64,000 nucleotides of DNA from Phoronis australis (taxonomy: Eukaryota; Animalia; Phoronida): positions 47,235 to 111,234 of the forward strand of contig NMRA01000830.1 of NCBI GenBank assembly GCA_002633005.1, read 5' to 3'. The notes below the pieces were generated by a model, which had not been told where the DNA came from, made no database searches, and saw only the letters and a program-made list of their open reading frames with translations. The translations under genes were made by a program, and so were the position numbers. This document shows positions 58,821 to 64,000 of this stretch, piece after piece. Each line of letters begins with the position of its first letter. Positions within the stretch are counted from its first letter, which is position 1.

Positions 58821-61026
58821 CTGAAATAAAACCACAATAATGCAGAATAGTGAAACAACAAAACTGAAGAGACAATGTCTTTGACAAGAATGGTCGTTAA
58901 GTATAGCGAGAAATATGAATTAGCAGTTAACCATGTACAACACATTTTGTTAACATACAAGTCAATGCCAAGTCTGAAGAAATATTAGGAACAATCTTTT
59001 TAAATGTGAATTCAGGGAGAAGAGGGAAGGGAGGGAGGGAAGGATGAAGGGAGACATGCCGTGAATAATACGCTTAGATGAAAGTCAGGCATTTTTAAAG
59101 ATATGTGTGACTTTTCACCGCTCGTCCTTCTGAGCGGCTTTTACTGGAATCAAAGAGAGCGCGGCGCCACAGCCGGGGGCAGTTGCGATGACCGTATTGT
59201 CAGGGGCAAGCAAGACTCAATTAAGTGTAATTACCCTACCATAAACTACAGTAAACATCTGTGCCTGTACATACTGGTGAATTTTCAAAATGTATTAACC
59301 AACAGCTTTCGTTAAAAACAAATACCACAGCTGTAATCAGATGGAAAAAACGACCAAGTTTGGTTTTTAATTTTTAAAAATCGATGAACTATTAAGCTAA
59401 AAACTACAAACATTGGGTACGATTGAAGATCAACGACTGGGCATACTGATTTTCTCGATGATTTAAAAATGCTGATTAGAGTTAACAATATCACGTGGAT
59501 TATTCTTTTAATATACAACTTATCTACATTGAAACACCTATAAACAACACACAGTGACTAAATTAGATGTCAATAACTCTTGAAACATCGCTTATGGCCC
59601 AGCGCATGCCGCACAACTTTACTCCAGGAGTAGGACACTAACCGCAAAACTGCTATTCGCAAAAATGCACCAATCTCGATAGCTTGTAGTTGTAATGAAC
59701 ACCAGTGAAGACAACTAAGATGGCTACCTTTGCAGTCAACGAGAGAGTGCAAGCAGAAGATGAGGTTGGTCGGTGGGCATGAGCTGTGATTTCATTTTTT
59801 ATGACTGAGGAAAAGCTAGAAGAGTTACTGCTGTCAAAATTGTGCAGAAGTTCCAATTAAAACCTTCAATTTGGCTATCACCATATTTGCACTTTTGTTT
59901 ATATTTTATGATTTGAGTTCTACTAAAAATTGAACTTGAACTAATTGCACGTATAGTTTTGTTTGCTGTGACATGTTTGGTGTAGCTGTAATCTGGAAAA
60001 TTCAAGGATGAGTTTACAATTAACTGACTTCTAAGTTGTTTTGATACTTCGTTTAAACACAAAGTAAAAAAGATAGCAACCCTACCCAGTAAGAGAAAAA
60101 CAAGTAGACAGCAGTATTAAAATAAAGTAATGGAAACAGTTATGAAACATTTAAAATCAACGTTCCTTTGGGAAGTGGCGCTTTGTCAAGATCAATGCAA
60201 ATAAACTTTTTATTACTTTTGCAATATTTAAAATGTACCAAGTTAAAACTGCTCTCAACATTGCAGGCTTTAACTCTGTGCAAATGCCAGATAAAAACAA
60301 TTTGGGAGTAATAAGGACCACCATTGTTAACAAAGTAGTGCTAGCTATTACCTTTCCCCTTCATTAGTTCAGATCTCACCAATACAAAGGGCGTGCTGAA
60401 AAGGGATCATAAAAGTCAAGTCATCTGGGGCTTAGGGAATCAGAGCTAATTCCCACATTTCATAAGAAAGCCTATGCCTTTTACTACAAAATTACATAAT
60501 CAGAACATAATGTTTGAGATATAATTTTATGTGAAATTGATATCCCTGCAATAATCTTTAGTGATCTACATGACTTAAACCACCATTTTGTACAGAGCAG
60601 AGCAACGGCAAACAAAGGGTGCGAAGAAGACTGACAATGGTTTTTTATTTTGCTATTCTATTTGTTTACTAGAAGACAGCGCTTGATTGACATGACCCAT
60701 GAGGTCACGACAGTGATGATGTAAGTTATATACAATAGCATACTAGACAACATTCCAACGGATTCCTCCATATTAGTGACTAATATAGAACCAGTGGTCT
60801 GGAACATTCTCGAGTATATGTGTTTGTAGAATGATTGGGTAGATTCTGGAAAGGTCAAGATTGCCATCCAAGAGGTGACAGGAACATGGATTCCACAATA
60901 TCGCAAGTGATGCAGTCATGCCAAGGTGATTATAGATATAGACTCTGTGAGATCCCAGGTCAGAATCAGTGAAGATGAAATTTTCTGAGTGTCAGCAGTA
61001 CATGACCAGGTTAAAGAAATTTAACC

Positions 61027-61882
61027 ATAGGTGGATTTAGAAGAGGGGCTCAGATCCAATTTCAAGAGTTAATTTCGGAACACGGGTCAATCATAACGGA
61101 AATATAAGTATAGGCTCTCCCGCAATATCCCAGGCGACCAGCAGTGGCGCTGCGCACTCCGACTCCGTTTCCGTCGTCTGCTTCACTGTGCAATGAAGAA
61201 AATTACTTCATTTTTAAAGAAAATGGAATCTGAGTGACGATGAAAAAACAGAAGCTGCTGGTAAGATGTGAATTTTAATCAAAGCCTTTAGTTAGTGAAT
61301 CACTCAGAAACTCATAATTCTCTCTTTGTCAAACCTTAAGACGATTTGCAAAGCAATTGCGTCACTACTGCCAGCACAAAATAACGGATTTGGTCTTTTG
61401 GGCAATTGAAGACTATTTTAATTACAACAAATTTGTTACGAACTTATTGTACAAAATATAAAAAGTGTAATAAACATTACAAAAAGAAGCAGGTTTCGCG
61501 CGCAAACGCTGTGGACCATCAACAAGTAGGTCTCTTAGTATCAAAGTACGAGTGAAGTTCGTGGTGGTGTAGTGGTAAAGCAAGCGCGCTCTAAACACCA
61601 GGTCGGGCGTTCGAGTCTGTGGTAATTGCAGTTTTTCAAGTTTGACACATTCTCCGTGTTTTTTATTTCTTTGACTTTTTTTCTTGGATAATACTTCAGG
61701 AATCTAGGAAAATGCTTGATGTTTAAAGGAAAAAACAGAAAAATTCCCCTGGGCGGGAGGGGGGCAAACCCCTCTCCTGACCTCACCCCATTGGGTGCTA
61801 TGCGCATCTACAATCGTGCTTTTCGCAAATATTTACAGACAAAATGTTAGGCCCCAGTTAAAATATCCTAGATCCGCCACTG
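61027..61882. mobile_element. MITE-like element with GGTGGATTTAG/CTAGATCCGCC termini
   Basis: Imperfect terminal inverted repeats with G/C-run subtermini. Confidence 0.55.
61560..61625 (+). other. tRNA-derived (SINE-head-like) sequence with Pol III A and B boxes
   Basis: gtggtgtagtggtaaagc...gttcgagtc; no intact cloverleaf evident. Confidence 0.5.
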
Positions 61883-62400
61883 TTAACTATCACACAAAGT
61901 ATTTTTTGCTGAACGGCTCGATCAAGTTTATAGGCATGTACATTTCCCAGCCAAGTTTACGCTCATTCCCCCATGGGTACTCATAATGCACCGGAAAGGG
62001 TCAATTAATGCAAAGGTCACCAAATGATCAACATTAAATTTCTCCTACAGTTTTAAAGAATTCTTTTTCATATTGGTAAACGGGTTGTTGTCAAGAACTT
62101 CCCATAACAATTCCAGTAATATGCACGCGCAGAGTCCATTATTGTCACGCCGTCACAATAATCTTTCTAGTTAGGCCTACTCTGCGCGTGTAAGCGCTGA
62201 GTACTGTTGTTCCTGGGTTTTCTTCAATTTTATTTTTATTATTATTCATATTCTTCTTATTCTTCATCCAAATTTGACACTTAATAACTTTAAAATGACT
62301 GCAGGTAACTTCTTCAAAATTTGAGATACATTAATAGGCAGTATATGAATTTTGATTCATAATATCATGTCCATTACCACAAGAAACAAGAAGAACACCA

Positions 62401-64000
62401 CATTTATCCACCTTCACTCTTATCAGGCTTCTATTGTGAGTCAGCATGCGTGAATAATTGGCTGATAAGCCACCTATGGAATTACTTTTGGCTGAATGGA
62501 TGACCAGGCCACAAAATGATAATTAGCCAAGACCTTGCATGGAATAATTAATACCTTCATGGCAATTTTGAAAGAGAGGGCATCATCTACTAGTCTTTCG
62601 CCGAAAGTGTTTTAAAAAAGCTCGGTTTACCGACCTCTGATTTTCTGGATTATGCAAACATTAAAATTCAAATTTGCAACGTTTTCAGTTCCGCCATCAT
62701 TATGCTATGGAAACAAGCAAAAATTGGCAACAATCCGTACAAGCAACAAAGAATATCTCGAAGCATCACCTAGCCTTGGTGGAAAGCTGTATACTGTATT
62801 GACCCTAATAAACGCTGCGGGCGTTAAGAAAAATTCATTTCACGGAGGGGACGCTTATTGTAGCCTAAGGCAGTTGAAACCCGGTTTCCGAAATGGGTAA
62901 AATCGGAAACTCGGATTCATCAAATTTACGCTCTGCGACGTATTTGTAGCCTATGACAGTCTTTCTACAAAACTGTTGTGCATTGTTATCAAACTTCGTT
63001 GTTAAATTACGATCATTTTTCAAAAAAATGTGCTGAAATCCCAGGGCGAAAACTTGCCAACTGATACGTCGCTGAATCGCGATCGTCGATAGGGTAACTT
63101 GAATTCTTGAATAAAAACAGTTTTGACTCAACAAATTACCTGAAATCCTCCTTATGTTTTACAATTTTTTAAGTTCATGTGGAGTCCAGATTGATTGCGA
63201 TTAAGTCCAAATCTGCGCTACATCGTACCCCACAACACGAGAAAAATCTCTGGATGAACAAACATGTTGTTGTCACGTGACGTTTGTTTTGAAGTTCGTC
63301 TGCATATGAGAGTGAGTGAGCGAGTGCGTGCGGGTCATCAACAACAGACTTTGTTACAAAAGGCGGAGGATTATGCAAGAAAATGGCATTTATTAGATTG
63401 TTTTTCGCTTAAACGGCTGCAACGTGCAAGGTCAGAGTGCCGGTTAACTCACAGATTTTGTGTGCACAGGCCGACGGTCGTTAGCTCAACCGTGGAGTGT
63501 AACATTAATAATCCTAGGCTCAATCTACATGGGTGACGAGCTGAACTATCCAGGCTGTGTGAAATTTCTGGGTCTAATGGAGACACTGACGCAGTAGTAC
63601 CTATAGTTAGCCAACTCGCTGTATCGAGACTATCGTCAAAAATCCAAATTCGTTTTATTGTGTCCATCAATAATAATGGCATGCCAAAGTTTCTTAATGT
63701 TCGTACTTCAGGAACATAACGATCCTATCGTGAGTGTTGCTGCGTTGCTAAATCTCTTATCATGGGCTGGTTTGAAAAATTCAAAGTTGTACCAACATTT
63801 TTCTCTCTCCTCTTTTCAATTATTACACTCAAAACTACGTGAAACTCTCTCCATAAAAAGTACGGTCATCTAGGCTAGATTGTAATCAGCTGATTGTATC
63901 CGCATGAGCGAAGCCAATTATCCTCGCTCCTGACCCGATGAATAGAGCAGCTAGGCAGAATCCCTTTGATCGTGAGCTGAGCGCAACACAGCCAAGGTGG
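62401..64000 (+). mobile_element. Composite repeat, a longer relative of 33090-33323 and 37525-38290, with a pogo-like terminus at ~62792
   Basis: 62401-62533 matches 33090-33220; 62762-63120 matches 37531-37875; 63830-64000 matches 38035-38205. Confidence 0.75.

Noticed and set aside
61560-61625. Functional tRNA gene
   Set aside because: A and B boxes are present but the stems do not pair into a cloverleaf, and it sits within a repeat.
58821-64000. Signal-peptide or first exon of the receptor
   Set aside because: No supportable candidate found; it probably lies beyond the window.

Overview
Animal (invertebrate-type) genomic DNA from a draft, gap-rich assembly; AT-rich, with GT-AG introns and dense repeats. 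The whole window lies inside one large minus-strand gene that is incomplete at both ends. By hand I can chain about 20 phase-compatible exons (~1,170 codons): F-type lectin (canonical fucose motif) - kringle - F-type lectin (degenerate motif) - an unrecognised ~160-aa beta-rich module - four FN3-like repeats - transmembrane helix - basic juxtamembrane segment - short linker - N-terminal half of a protein tyrosine phosphatase domain. That domain has D2 (pseudophosphatase-like) features, and I see no D1 domain before it. The introns hold an internally deleted Gypsy LTR element, RTE, L2/CR1 and Tx1 LINE fragments, Kolobok-like and pogo-like DNA transposon remnants (one with a decayed HIRAN-like ORF), MITEs and minisatellites. 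Several kb-scale near-identical blocks occur; some are probably uncollapsed haplotypes and some may be real duplications. All calls come from manual reading and no database searches were run.
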